Shown here: positions 38,217 to 47,009 of the stretch, piece by piece | Layout of the letters: the number at the start of each line of letters is the position of its first letter | Position numbering within the stretch: the stretch's first letter is position 1 | Source: Spirochaetota bacterium | Lineage (GTDB): Bacteria > Spirochaetota > UBA4802 > UBA5550 | DNA length: 64,000 bases | Assembly (NCBI GenBank): GCA_016933025.1 | Contig: JAFGBT010000015.1 | Location: 78,064-142,063 of the forward strand | Direction of reading: 5' to 3' | Position numbers and translations under genes: made by a program | The notes under the pieces: model-generated | Told to the model about the DNA's origin: nothing | What the model saw: only the letters and a program-made list of their open reading frames with translations | The model's database searches: none

Positions 38217-39245
38217 ATGTTTACTATCAAATGGAACGGCGATTCGGTGACCATCCTCGACCAGAGGCTCCTGCCGAAGAAAGAGGTCTACAACACATAC
38301 CGGCATTATCGCGATGTCGCCGATTCAATTCGGAATATGGAGACCCGGGGGGCGCCGGCCATCGGCATAACCGCGGCCATGGGCATCGCGCTGGCGGCCC
38401 AGAACGTGTCGTTTAAAAACGTCGACGGATTCCGCGAAGAGATGAACAGGGTCTGCGATGCCTTCGCGGCGACGCGTCCAACGGCGGTCAACCTTTTCGC
38501 CGCCATCACGAGGATGAAGAACATAATCGCCCAGGGGAACGACCCGGCCGCGGTGCGGCAGCTCCTGGAGAAGGAGGCGATGGCCGTGTACAACGAGGAC
38601 ATCGAGGCCAACAAGGCCATGGGCAAGAACGGGAGCAAGTACATCAGTGACGGCGACGTCGTTATGACGCACTGCAACGCCGGCGCGCTTGCGACCGGCG
38701 GCTACGGCACCGCGCTCGGCGTGATACGGGCTGCCGTTGAGCAGGGGAAGAAGATAAAGGTCTTTGCCTGCGAGACCAGGCCCTATCTGCAGGGCGCCCG
38801 CCTCACCGCGTGGGAGTTGCTGAACGACAAGATACCGGTGACGCTCATCACGGATTCGATGTCGGGCCATTTCATGCGAACCGGGGTCATCAAGAAGGTG
38901 ATCGTCGGCGCCGACCGCGTTGCCGCCAACGGCGATGTAGCGAACAAGATCGGCACCTACAACCACGCGGTGCTCGCGAAGGAGAACGGGATACCATTTT
39001 ACGTGGCGGCGCCGCTGTCGACGCTCGATCCGGCCACCAAGTCCGGGGAGGATATCATCATCGAAGAGCGGGGCATCGAGGAGGTGGCGTTCGTGATGGA
39101 CCAGCAGATAGCGCCGGAAGGCATATCCATCAGGAACCCGGCGTTCGACGTAACGCCGGCGAAGTACGTGACCGCCATCATCACCGAGAAAGGGGTGATC
39201 GAGAACCCTGCGACCCAGGGGATCACGAAATTCCTGAAGTCATGA
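38217..39245 (+). CDS. mtnA: S-methyl-5-thioribose-1-phosphate isomerase (eIF-2B alpha/beta/delta family).
   Basis: 342 aa. TRGAPAIGI, THCNAG and CETRPYLQG are MtnA family motifs. Confidence 0.85.
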   Translation: MFTIKWNGDSVTILDQRLLPKKEVYNTYRHYRDVADSIRNMETRGAPAIGITAAMGIALAAQNVSFKNVDGFREEMNRVCDAFAATRPTAVNLFAAITRMKNIIAQGNDPAAVRQLLEKEAMAVYNEDIEANKAMGKNGSKYISDGDVVMTHCNAGALATGGYGTALGVIRAAVEQGKKIKVFACETRPYLQGARLTAWELLNDKIPVTLITDSMSGHFMRTGVIKKVIVGADRVAANGDVANKIGTYNHAVLAKENGIPFYVAAPLSTLDPATKSGEDIIIEERGIEEVAFVMDQQIAPEGISIRNPAFDVTPAKYVTAIITEKGVIENPATQGITKFLKS

Positions 39246-39694
39246 AGCCCGTAGTCGCCGAGATCTGCATCTATGCACCGGCTGGCAAGGTCTGGGACAT
39301 CATCACCGACTTTGACCGTTATCCAGTCTGGAACACCTTCACGCCCCGCATTACGCTTGCAACCTCCGGGTTCACCGTTGGCGCTGAATTCGACCTTGAC
39401 TGCAGGATGAACGGCCGTCGGCTCCTCAAGGATGAACGGGAGGTCATCCTCTCCGTTGAACCCGATAACTATCGCTTCGCCATGGGGACCTCGCGCACAC
39501 GCGGAAGGCCGGGCATCAGGAGTTTCCGATGGCAGACCTGCGAGCCGATGTCCGGCGGCCGCACACGCTTCATCAACAGCGAGGAATTTCATGGCCCGCT
39601 TGCGCCTCTGGTGTATGCCCTGTACGCGAGGCAATTGCGGGCCGCTTTCAAAAGGTACTGCCTGGACCTGAAAGAATATGCCGAGCTGCGGTAG
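39242..39694 (+). CDS. SRPBCC (Bet v1-like/polyketide cyclase) family protein.
   Basis: ATGA overlap with the mtnA stop. ~150 aa with the expected length and pattern of the SRPBCC fold. Confidence 0.6.
   Translation: MKPVVAEICIYAPAGKVWDIITDFDRYPVWNTFTPRITLATSGFTVGAEFDLDCRMNGRRLLKDEREVILSVEPDNYRFAMGTSRTRGRPGIRSFRWQTCEPMSGGRTRFINSEEFHGPLAPLVYALYARQLRAAFKRYCLDLKEYAELR
39462..39475 (+). repeat. Dyad motif copy (13/14, ccgataactatcgc) inside the SRPBCC CDS.
   Basis: In-frame translation is P-D-N-Y-R. Confidence 0.5.
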
Positions 39695-39701
39695 CCCCCT
39701 G

Positions 39702-40469
39702 TCAGAAGAGTAACCGGTAGTAGACCAGTAGAATCTCCCGCCCGAACAGGAGTGAAACAATGAGGCCGAGCGTGAGGAACGGGGCGAAGGGTATCCTCGT
39801 CCTGAGGCCTTTCCTGGTCTTCAGGGCGTAGGCGACGCCGATGACCGCCCCGGACACCAGCGCGACCTCGAGGACAAGGATGGACATCTCCAGCCCGGAG
39901 AAAAGGCCGATGGCCGAAGCGAACTTGACGTCGCCCCATCCGAACGACCCGGGAAACACGAGGAGGATCACGATGAATACGGCAAATAACGCAGCCATAC
40001 CCAGGAGGCTCTCCTGTATGTCGGCGTTGAGCACGACCGGATACGCCGACAGCAGCGCGAAGGCGATCACCAGCGAATCGGGAACGACCATGGCCTTCAT
40101 GTCGACGGCCGCTATGCAGAGGGCCACGCACGCCAGGAGGTAGAGGTTGACGGTCAGGATTGAGGCGCCGAGTCTCACGGAGAACAGGGCCGCCACTGCA
40201 CCGTACAGGATCTCAGCGGCGGGATAGAGTGGCGATATGGGCGCGCCGCACCTGGCGCACTTCCCTTTTTGAACGAGAAAGCCGATGACGGGTACGAGCA
40301 TGAGGGGACTTATTGTCTCGCCGCACGCGGGACAGCGCGAGCGGGAGAAGAGCGCCTTCAGCGGTGCCTTCTGCATCCTCCCGTCGGCGTAGCGGAGGGC
40401 AAGGGTGTGGAAGAAGCTCCCCATCAGGGTCCCTAATGCGAACGCAAGTATCGGCATCGCGATGTTCAT
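39702..40469 (-). CDS. Prepilin peptidase (A24 family).
   Basis: 255-aa polytopic protein. Zinc-ribbon CPACGETI...CARCG. Catalytic Asp in conserved context. Confidence 0.85.
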   Translation of the reverse strand: MNIAMPILAFALGTLMGSFFHTLALRYADGRMQKAPLKALFSRSRCPACGETISPLMLVPVIGFLVQKGKCARCGAPISPLYPAAEILYGAVAALFSVRLGASILTVNLYLLACVALCIAAVDMKAMVVPDSLVIAFALLSAYPVVLNADIQESLLGMAALFAVFIVILLVFPGSFGWGDVKFASAIGLFSGLEMSILVLEVALVSGAVIGVAYALKTRKGLRTRIPFAPFLTLGLIVSLLFGREILLVYYRLLF

Positions 40470-40677
40470 TTCTACCGGTGATCCTCCTGGCGCCCTCTGG
40501 TTAAATCCGCGTATATAGCAGATTAGGATTGGACCGCAATTGTTACGTCAAGGATTATATTTGGACGCATAATCGGGGGTCCTCTCTTCCCGTGCGGGTT
40601 CCGGGCCGTTATGAAAAAATTGTTTCTTGACACACGGCTTTTCTGCCGTAAAGATTTCCCCTTGGAGCGAGGTGATC

Positions 40678-41121
40678 ATGTGCAGGATGCGACTATCATA
40701 CAGAAGCCTTTTCGCGCTGGCCCTTGTACTGCCGTGCGGCTGTGCCACAACCGGGCCGGTGACGGCTGACCGGATACGCGCGGATATGGCCTCGGTAGTG
40801 AAGAGTATCAGGGCCAACAGGGGCACCATCGACAGGCTTAATGACCGCCGGGTCGGCAAGACCGGGTTCTATTACATCGTCGACACCAACGGCAGGGTGG
40901 TTGCGCATCCCCAGAAGGCCCTGATAGGCAGCAGCTTCAGGGACCACTGGTTCGTCAATACGATCATCGACCGGGGTACCGGGTGCATCTCCTACCGGCT
41001 CGGGAGCCGGACGCATCTGGTGTTCTTCAACCGTCTCGACGACTGGGAGATCCTCTGCTTCTCCATTCTGGCCGATGACCTGACGCAGCCGGCTGATTGC
41101 CCGCAGGTCGAGATGCCGTAG
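40678..41121 (+). CDS. Hypothetical lipoprotein (possible Cache-like sensor fold).
   Basis: GGAG RBS. Lipobox LVLPCGC. FYYIVDTNGRVVAHP segment is reminiscent of Cache domains. Confidence 0.5.
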   Translation: MCRMRLSYRSLFALALVLPCGCATTGPVTADRIRADMASVVKSIRANRGTIDRLNDRRVGKTGFYYIVDTNGRVVAHPQKALIGSSFRDHWFVNTIIDRGTGCISYRLGSRTHLVFFNRLDDWEILCFSILADDLTQPADCPQVEMP

Positions 41122-41204
41122 ACCTGTTGTTAAGCGAATGTCACCTGCTTGATCGTCATTATTCGGTGAGACACTTTTATCGCTGCTTTTGCTGGGGAAG
41201 ATTC

Positions 41205-41370
41205 ATGATTGTCGTCATCACGAGCGCAGCGCCCTTCGATGGAGCCTGTGGTGAGCCTGTCGAACCACTCAGGGCGACACTTCATTTGTCATGCCGAGCC
41301 CTTCGACTAAGCCTGTCCCGAGCGTAGTCGATAGGCTCAGGATAAACTCCGTCGAGGCATGTTTCGTCGT
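41205..41370. repeat. Two tandem degenerate REP-like units of the PFDSAQGKLR/FDKL hairpin family.
   Basis: Unit 1: tcatcacgagcgcagcgcccttcgatgg...ctcagggcgac. Unit 2: gtcatgccgagcccttcgactaagcctgtcccgagcg...ggctcaggataaactccgtcgaggcatg. Confidence 0.55.
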
Positions 41371-41428
41371 CCCGATTTTATCGGGACTCCCCGCAATGAT
41401 AATCCGGTCCATTAATTTTTTATAATTA

Positions 41429-42007
41429 TTATCTCAGTCCGGACAAATCGCTATCTTTCCCGTTCATTCCGCTCCATTCTGAAAGGAAGAAAAGATAAAA
41501 TGCGGTGACGATTATGGAGTGGTTTATGGGTCCGCGGCGGATCATATCCATGATTTCATCCCGTTCGAATGTTAGGACCTCTATGTCCTCGGCCGGATCG
41601 AGGTCCTGGTTGTGGATCCTGACGCAGTTCGGCGCAAAATAATAATAGATGTAATTGTCGAAGATCGCGGGGTTGACGCTCAGCTTCTTGAGGAGATGCA
41701 GCTCTTTCGCCTCGTAGCCGGTCTCCTCGCGAAGCTCCCGCCGGGCGGTTTCCTCCGGGGATTCACCAGGCTCGATGAGGCCGCCCGGTGTTTCAATGGT
41801 GATTTCGTCAGTGCCGAGCCGGTGCTGGCGTACCATGATAAAGCGGTGATCGTCGGTCAGGGCGACTATGTTGATCCAGTCAGGCGTGCTGAGGGTGAAA
41901 AACCTGTGTGTGAAGTCTTTGCCGGGGTGGTAGCATTCAACGTCCTTCACGGCGAAAATTCTTCTCCGGTACAGTTCTTCCTCTGATTTTTTTATCCATC
42001 TCTTCAT
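41429..42007 (-). CDS. NUDIX hydrolase (ADP-ribose pyrophosphatase-like).
   Basis: Nudix box GGLIEPGESPEETARRELREETGY. Start placed at MKRWIK. The upstream extension of the ORF looks non-coding. Confidence 0.75.
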   Translation of the reverse strand: MKRWIKKSEEELYRRRIFAVKDVECYHPGKDFTHRFFTLSTPDWINIVALTDDHRFIMVRQHRLGTDEITIETPGGLIEPGESPEETARRELREETGYEAKELHLLKKLSVNPAIFDNYIYYYFAPNCVRIHNQDLDPAEDIEVLTFERDEIMDMIRRGPINHSIIVTAFYLFFLSEWSGMNGKDSDLSGLR

Positions 42008-42189
42008 GCCCTGTGTCCCCGTTCGCCCCGGGCTGCGCGCAGGAGCGCGCCACCCGGCGCGTTGATTAAAATATTTATAATACAGTAAAAAATATATTGC
42101 TATGAGGCAAGAAATAAATAATAGTTGGATGATATCGCGAAAACGCAATCAGGTGTCTCCCGGCCCGCCCATTATTCTGGAGGACTGCC

Positions 42190-43242
42190 ATGCAAAAAAA
42201 GATCATTATCACAGTGTGCCTGGTCCTTGCGGGGATTGCCGCCCTCGGCCTCATCACCCTGAAGGATGCCGGTGAATTCAAGAAGCTCGCGCCGCATTCC
42301 AGCTGCACGTGCGTGAAAGTGCATAACGTGCTCGGAGCAGAGGACATCGCCATTGACCCCTCGACCGGCACGGCCTTTATATCCTCGCATGACCGAAGGG
42401 CGTATCTGAACGAGGGGAAGCTTTTTCAGGGCGCACTATTCGGGTATGAACTTGCGGGGAGGCCGCGCTTAAGAAACCTGACGGCAGGTCTGAAGATGCC
42501 GTTCCATCCTCATGGCATCAGCTTTTATCGCGCCCCTGACGGGAGAAGGCTCCTGTTTGTCATCAACCATGTGTCGCCCCTGCATACCGTTGAGATTTTT
42601 GAGTATGATAATGGGGCGCTTGCGCACAGGGAAACCGTGACTGACCCGCTGATGATAAGCCCCAATGATATCACCGCGGTGGGTCCGCGCCTGTTTTACT
42701 TTACGAACGATCACGGCTCCGGATCGGGGTTCGCAAAGAAGATGGAAGAATTCCTCCGCCTGCCTCGTTCGAATATCGTCTACTATGACGGCGCCGGGGC
42801 GCGCGTGGTCGCCGGCGGACTGGCCTACGCAAACGGCATATGGGCGGGCGCTGCAGGGAAGCTCCTGTACGCGTCGACAACGACCGGAAAGAAGTTTTAC
42901 GTATTCAGGCGCGGGACGTCCGGCGCGCTCACGCTCCTCCGCGCGATTGACATCGGAACGGCCGGAGACAACATTGATGTCGATGCGCGCGGGACCATCC
43001 GTGTCACCTGTCACCCGAAGATGCTGACCTTCCTGAGGCACGCCGCCGACGAGGCCAACAGGGCCCCTTCCCAGATACTCGAGGTGCGGGGGAGTCCGGA
43101 GGACGGGTACTCCTTCACGGAAACATACCTTGACGGCGGCACGGAGATTTCGGCCGCGAGCGTGGCCGCGGGGTACCGCGAACATCTCCTGATCGGCTCG
43201 GTGTTCGAGCCATTTTTCCTGCACTGTAAGGCGGGTAAATGA
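42190..43242 (+). CDS. SMP-30/gluconolactonase/paraoxonase-like beta-propeller protein.
   Basis: 350 aa. Signal anchor. Repeated Gly/aromatic blade pattern. Distant PON/arylesterase resemblance. Confidence 0.55.
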   Translation: MQKKIIITVCLVLAGIAALGLITLKDAGEFKKLAPHSSCTCVKVHNVLGAEDIAIDPSTGTAFISSHDRRAYLNEGKLFQGALFGYELAGRPRLRNLTAGLKMPFHPHGISFYRAPDGRRLLFVINHVSPLHTVEIFEYDNGALAHRETVTDPLMISPNDITAVGPRLFYFTNDHGSGSGFAKKMEEFLRLPRSNIVYYDGAGARVVAGGLAYANGIWAGAAGKLLYASTTTGKKFYVFRRGTSGALTLLRAIDIGTAGDNIDVDARGTIRVTCHPKMLTFLRHAADEANRAPSQILEVRGSPEDGYSFTETYLDGGTEISAASVAAGYREHLLIGSVFEPFFLHCKAGK

Positions 43243-44063
43243 CCGGCTCACGGGGCGGATTCCTCCCCCGGATTCTCGGGGCCGTTATCATCGGCGTTTT
43301 CGCGCTGTCGGGCGCAGCGTGCAAGAACCGCTTCCTCTTCTACCCGGAGCGCCAGATCGTCTCTACCCCGGCGGCGTCCGGCCTCGCGTGGGAGGACGTC
43401 TATTTCACGACCGACGACGGCGTCAGGCTGAACGGCTGGTGGGTGCCGGCATCGTCGCCACGGTGCACCGTGCTTTTCTGCCACGGGAATGGCGGCAACA
43501 TCTCCTACCTTGTCGGCACTATCGGCATCTATCATTCCCTGAATTTCAGCGTCCTGGTTTTCGACTACCGCGGATACGGCATGAGCGGCGGGGTGCCGTC
43601 TGAAGAGGGGACCTACCGCGATGTCCGGGCCGCATGGGATTTCCTTACAGAGACGAAGAGCATCGCCCCGGTGCGTATAGTCGTCATCGGCAGGTCGCTC
43701 GGGGGTCCGATCGCCGCATGGCTCTGTCGGTCAGCGGCGCCGGCTGGCCTGGTGCTTGAGTCGACCTTCACCTGCGCTGCGGACGTCGCGGACAGCCACT
43801 GCCGCATATCGCCGGGCCGGCTGGTATTCGGCGACACGTATGACACTGCCTCGTACGCGGCCAGGGCGGACTGCCCGGTGCTGGTCATCCACAGCCCGGA
43901 TGACGAGATAGTCCCGTTCGAGCTCGGGGAGCGTCTCTATCGCTCGATTCCGGGGAGCAAGGAATTTCTCCGTATCAGCGGGTCTCATAACGCCGGGTTC
44001 ATCAAGTCCGTTGGCCGGTATTCTGCCGGTCTTGACATGTTTGTGAAGATGTGTCTGAGGTGA
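43239..44063 (+). CDS. Alpha/beta hydrolase (S9/BAAT-like).
   Basis: VLFCHGNGGN and nucleophile elbow GRSLGG. ATGA overlap with the upstream gene. Confidence 0.8.
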   Translation: MTGSRGGFLPRILGAVIIGVFALSGAACKNRFLFYPERQIVSTPAASGLAWEDVYFTTDDGVRLNGWWVPASSPRCTVLFCHGNGGNISYLVGTIGIYHSLNFSVLVFDYRGYGMSGGVPSEEGTYRDVRAAWDFLTETKSIAPVRIVVIGRSLGGPIAAWLCRSAAPAGLVLESTFTCAADVADSHCRISPGRLVFGDTYDTASYAARADCPVLVIHSPDDEIVPFELGERLYRSIPGSKEFLRISGSHNAGFIKSVGRYSAGLDMFVKMCLR

Positions 44064-44077
44064 GGGTCCGCGAAGAG

Positions 44078-44479
44078 CTATTCTATCCTCTTGTAGATCT
44101 CGGTGCTATTGCGGTGGTTCTCGCCGGTGATCAGGCGTGACGAATCGATATGAATAATGTTGACGGTATACGTTTTTTCGCCGGTGTCGAGGAGGCAGGC
44201 GCCATTCAGCATTCGGTAGGTGCCGCGTTTCACGTCGTTTACAATGAGCTCGCCGTTTTTCGCGTAGCGGAAGATGAGAGTCCCCGTGTACCACTCGCAG
44301 TTGTTTCCATCTGCATCGCAATGGACCGATGAGAGCTTCCAGGCCCCAACTATCGTCGCGTGCTTCACGGCTCCGTCCCGGCCGGATAGCGCGGCGTTCT
44401 CCTCCTGCGACAGAGCGCATGCGAAGAGGCCCGCAGAGGCCGCCACGACAACGAGCCACACTGCCACATTTTTTCCCAT
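44078..44479 (-). CDS. Hypothetical lipoprotein (lipocalin-like).
   Basis: Lipobox LFAC. 133 aa. Confidence 0.5.
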   Translation of the reverse strand: MGKNVAVWLVVVAASAGLFACALSQEENAALSGRDGAVKHATIVGAWKLSSVHCDADGNNCEWYTGTLIFRYAKNGELIVNDVKRGTYRMLNGACLLDTGEKTYTVNIIHIDSSRLITGENHRNSTEIYKRIE

Positions 44480-44621
44480 AGCGTAAAACCTTAGAGCCGT
44501 TTCAGAAGGAATTCGATTTCCTCCCTGTCCATGCTTTTTCTGTTTCGCAACAGAGCCCGCTTTATTTTATCTTTAAGTTCCCGCTCCGGGCTTGGTTTTC
44601 TGTTCCCCGCCGTGTTCTTTT

Positions 44622-44894
44622 TTATCTCAGGTCTGGTCTTCCCCACTTCCATTTGCCCTTCAGACTTTTTCCGCCAGGATAGTACATGGTCCCGTAGCCG
44701 AACGGCTTGCCGCTCCTGAATTCGCCTTCGTACCTGTTTCCGTTCGGGTAGACGTAGGTCCCGAGGCCGCTATAGCAGTTGCCCTTGATGCACTTTCCCT
44801 CCGTGCCTTCATCGGGGTCCTCCCGCTGTTGCGTGCCGCACGACAGCGTCATGGTCAGGGACGCCATAAGTACTATTAGGATTCGTCTTCTCAT
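44622..44894 (-). CDS. MORN-repeat lipoprotein.
   Basis: Lipobox LSCG. YxGxxxxGxxxGxG MORN-like repeats (YVYPNGNRYEGEF, GYGTMYYPGGKSLKGKW). Confidence 0.55.
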   Translation of the reverse strand: MRRRILIVLMASLTMTLSCGTQQREDPDEGTEGKCIKGNCYSGLGTYVYPNGNRYEGEFRSGKPFGYGTMYYPGGKSLKGKWKWGRPDLR

Positions 44895-45103
44895 CGTAAG
44901 AGTTTGATCGGATTTGATATAACAATTAACACATCATGCCTGATTACAAGTCAATTTTTTTTTAAAAATATTTTTTTCCGTCTCCATTATGTCTACCTGT
45001 TGAGAAAATTAACCGCCCCGGATTTTTTTTGACGAATCCTCAATAATAAAAAAAATCTGTTGCCAATTGCGGGCCGTTTCTGTAGATCGGCCGGGAGGAT
45101 CTC

Positions 45104-45583
45104 ATGAGGCCGAGTATAGTATCTTCTCTGGCGTTGATCGTTCCGCTGCTGATGTCGTGCGGCTCGCAGGGCGGCACGCCGGTTATATATACGAACCCCA
45201 GGTGCGCGGTTTTCACCGAAGGGTTTCCCGACGCGCCGATGTGCACCTACGCGCCGTTCGTGCCGGAGTTGAAGGACATAATCGCGGCGGATAAAATTGT
45301 GGCCGAAAAAATTGCGCGTGATCACCCGCGTTCCTCGATTTGCCGGAGCTACAGGAAAAACAGCTGGGCGGACTACATCCGTCAGTGCGTCGGCATAATA
45401 AATGAAAAGGGCGAGCCCCTCCTCTGGATGAATTATATCTGCGCCGGATCGCGCGAGGACACAACGGGATACTGGAAGAAGAAGATTGTCTACGTTATGG
45501 GCGGCGGGGAATGCTATTTCAGCGGTTCGGTCAACCTCGCCTCCAGGCGATGCGAGATCCTCATTCTCAACAGTGCGCGCTAA
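45104..45583 (+). CDS. Hypothetical lipoprotein.
   Basis: Lipobox LMSCG. 159 aa. Confidence 0.5.
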   Translation: MRPSIVSSLALIVPLLMSCGSQGGTPVIYTNPRCAVFTEGFPDAPMCTYAPFVPELKDIIAADKIVAEKIARDHPRSSICRSYRKNSWADYIRQCVGIINEKGEPLLWMNYICAGSREDTTGYWKKKIVYVMGGGECYFSGSVNLASRRCEILILNSAR

Positions 45584-45607
45584 TCCCCGCCTGAAACACT
45601 TGACAAA

Positions 45608-45621
45608 CCGATAACTATCGT
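45608..45621. repeat. Dyad motif copy (13/14, ccgataactatcgt) directly preceded by TTGACA. Lies in the promoter region of the downstream hypothetical gene.
   Basis: cacTTGACAaaccgataactatcgtgtcatacc read directly. Confidence 0.5.
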
Positions 45622-45685
45622 GTCATACCACGAAGGGGGGCGCTTGCGGCTGACGCAGCGCAGGGCCATGGGACCGGAAGCAAAC

Positions 45686-46126
45686 ATGCAGATACGTCTC
45701 AATGATTTTGTCCGAGAGATGGCGGCGCTCGCCAGCCGGGGGTCGCACTTCGGCACTGACACCGGCGGCCGCTACATCGATCCGTGGGAAATGAACTACC
45801 GCCGCGTCGGTTTTTATGCGAACAGGTTCGTTACCAGGGACTTCGGAGATGATTCATGCGTTCGGATATTTGTTCCCGCAACCGAGACCGGCGTGGCGCC
45901 GTCGGAGGGCGAACAGCCCTTCGGCTGGAGCGGAAAGATCAACGAGCACTCGGCTGAGCTCGCGGTCTGGTGGGCCTTCGAGCTGTTCAGCGAGGGCGAG
46001 GCCCGGGCGTTTATGAGGGAACAACGGCCCGCGGTACTGTTTCAGTATATGGAGGGCGGAGCGCTCCATGAGGTGGAGGCCCGCTTCAACGGGGAGATCT
46101 GGATCGTGGAAAAAACCTCGCTCTGA
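45686..46126 (+). CDS. Hypothetical protein.
   Basis: 146-aa ORF with coding-like composition. No recognisable domain. Confidence 0.45.
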   Translation: MQIRLNDFVREMAALASRGSHFGTDTGGRYIDPWEMNYRRVGFYANRFVTRDFGDDSCVRIFVPATETGVAPSEGEQPFGWSGKINEHSAELAVWWAFELFSEGEARAFMREQRPAVLFQYMEGGALHEVEARFNGEIWIVEKTSL

Positions 46127-46641
46127 CGTGGGTGAAGCATCATTGCGCGGTAATCGGCCCTGAGGCTCCGCTCAGGCTTATTAACGCCGGATATCCCCGC
46201 TTTTTCCCCTTGTTAGTCTTTTGTCCTTATTCTCATCCCGAGAACAGTCGGGGGACATTCAGGTCGGCACCCCGAAGCGGGGGAGTATCCAGCGCTGAAG
46301 AATAATCCAGAACGCCAGGAATAAAACGAACCATATCATAGATTTCATTACGATCACGCGATTTATTAAATATATTAAAATATACTTAAATAATAAACAA
46401 TCGTCAAGTTTCTACATGCTTAAAAAGCGTATTCGTGCCATATTTCATCTGAAATCGTCCTGAGAGTGCAGGGTATTCCCATTACAGTAAAACCACCGAT
46501 ACCGCTATATCATTTTCAACCATAAGGCTATTGAAAAGGACTGAATGTGCTCGTATGTTATAGTCGACATACGGCCGTTCCGTTTCCCATGCAGCCGGCC
46601 CGGGAATGAAAAGCACAACAATAATAAGGCAGAATTGACAG

Positions 46642-46947
46642 ATGGATAAGCATCAGAAAAAGGAAAGCGCCGTCGTGTTTTTCAACATGAAGGAGATGGC
46701 CGCATCAGGGACCCTGAAGGACTTCTGCAAGACCCTTGAGGTGTTCGGGTACCGGGGCACTGAAATCGTTCTCGACTTCAGGGGCGTCAGCGAGGTGCAG
46801 TCGGACGATGCTGAATCCCTCATGTCCGCATGCAGGAAGCTCAAGGGCCAGGGCAATACGGTACAGATGAAGGACCTCTCCATCGCGCTCCGAAACCTGT
46901 TTTTACTGACCGCCGTGCATTCCGCAGATGAATATCCCAGGCTATGA
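46642..46947 (+). CDS. STAS-domain (anti-sigma-factor antagonist-like) protein.
   Basis: 101 aa. GTEIVLDFRGVSEV..S pattern typical of SpoIIAA/STAS. Confidence 0.55.
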   Translation: MDKHQKKESAVVFFNMKEMAASGTLKDFCKTLEVFGYRGTEIVLDFRGVSEVQSDDAESLMSACRKLKGQGNTVQMKDLSIALRNLFLLTAVHSADEYPRL

Positions 46948-47009
46948 CAGAATCGGCGTTCCCACGCCCGCTCGTTCCATGGCGCTTCTTTATGATTGAC
47001 ATATAACGT

